Position numbers and translations under genes: made by a program. A stretch of DNA of 34,544 nucleotides from an uncultured Planctomycetaceae bacterium (GTDB lineage: Bacteria > Planctomycetota > Phycisphaerae > SM23-33). The stretch lies in contig CAZNSB010000001.1 of NCBI GenBank assembly GCA_964575155.1, positions 1 to 34,544 of the forward strand. The letters are read 5' to 3'. The notes beneath the pieces are model-generated. The model was not told the DNA's origin, made no database searches, and saw nothing but the letters and a program-made list of their open reading frames with translations. Below, piece by piece: positions 34,035 through 34,544 of the stretch; the stretch's first letter is position 1; each line of letters begins with the position of its first letter.

Positions 34035-34544
34035 GTGACGTGGTCGGAGAAAGACAAGCTGCGCCTGCGCGAGCAGTACGAGGCCGAATTCGCCAAGTAC
34101 GGATATGACTTCCGCTCGCTGTTCACGCCGAAGGGGCGCCAGCCGATCCGCCACGCCGTGCTGGCCGGCATCGGCGTGGGCGACGGCGCCTCCGTGCTGG
34201 ACGTGGGGTGCGGGCTCGGGCACATGTACGAGTACCTGGCGGGAAACTACCGCGACATCCGCTACACCGGCGTGGACATCGTCCCCGCCTTCGTCCAGGC
34301 CGCCGCCCAGCACCACCCCGGCGCCGAGTTCAAGGTGATGGACCTCCTCAAGGACCCGATGGAGGAAACCTACGACTTCGTCTTCGAGTCCGGCACCTTC
34401 AATCTCCGCCTGGCCTGCGGGGACAACCAGGCCTTCGTGGAAAGGATGCTGAGGCGGATGTTCGAGCTGGCCGACGTGGGCGTGGCCGCCGACTTCCTGA
34501 GCACCTACGTGGACTTCCAGCACGACGCCGCCCTCCACTACGAC
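34035..34544 (+). CDS. Class I SAM-dependent methyltransferase, 5' part (runs off the window end)
   Basis: This gene is absent from the ORF track because it has no stop. My translation from GTG 34035 is VTWSEKDKLRLREQYEAEFAKYGYDF...VLDVGCGLGHMYEYL...VDIVPAF. Motif I VLDVGCGLG is present. The frame is open to nt 34544, and an in-frame stop lies at 33963-33965 upstream. Confidence 0.7.
   Translation, partial: MTWSEKDKLRLREQYEAEFAKYGYDFRSLFTPKGRQPIRHAVLAGIGVGDGASVLDVGCGLGHMYEYLAGNYRDIRYTGVDIVPAFVQAAAQHHPGAEFKVMDLLKDPMEETYDFVFESGTFNLRLACGDNQAFVERMLRRMFELADVGVAADFLSTYVDFQHDAALHYD

Noticed and set aside
1-34544. A search by eye for CRISPR arrays, tRNA/rRNA/tmRNA/RNase P signatures, integrases, transposases, toxin-antitoxin pairs, restriction-modification genes or other known defence genes.
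   Set aside because: None was found. The only repeats are the short coding tandem repeats and the single MITE. The window does not look like a classical defence island.

Overview
This is a very GC-rich bacterial chromosomal segment. The gene style (giant orphan membrane proteins, zinc-ribbon-fused membrane proteins, ExbBD+TPR sets) suggests Planctomycetota; that is inference, not a search result. I support 21 intact CDSs plus one frameshifted locus, and found no rRNA, tRNA or CRISPR. Most long ORFs in the track are antisense shadows of real genes, as expected at this GC content.

Layout:
- 2-520: 3' end of an unknown gene.
- 583-1350: PIG-L/LmbE deacetylase.
- 1450-2117: frameshifted locus.
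- 2118-2912: about 800 nt with no convincing gene, ending in an intrinsic terminator.
- 2913-10243: plus-strand operon A-B-C. A is a zinc-ribbon GTPase, B is a GAP1-N-like bitopic membrane protein, and C is a 1042-aa orphan bitopic protein.
- 6973-7077: a 105-bp MITE sits exactly on the stop codon of B.
- 10240-13609: convergent minus-strand pair. E is an HPD-less J-like membrane protein and D is a protein with six DnaJ-type CxxCxGxG zinc-finger repeats.
- 13754-20443: divergent plus-strand operon of a Zn-ribbon polytopic protein, a Zn-ribbon/TonB-like-anchor/vWA protein, exbB, exbD, exbD and a TPR protein.
- 20476-27876: ispH, a 1038-aa secreted protein and a large lipoprotein.
- 28079-34544: an envelope amino-sugar/glycosyltransferase cluster.

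The best candidate for an uncharacterised system is the membrane-anchored GTPase triad A-B-C. It may function with the neighbouring J-like/Zn-finger pair and the vWA-ExbBD-TPR motor. Functional calls rest on motifs I can read directly and on family knowledge from memory. None has been verified by search.
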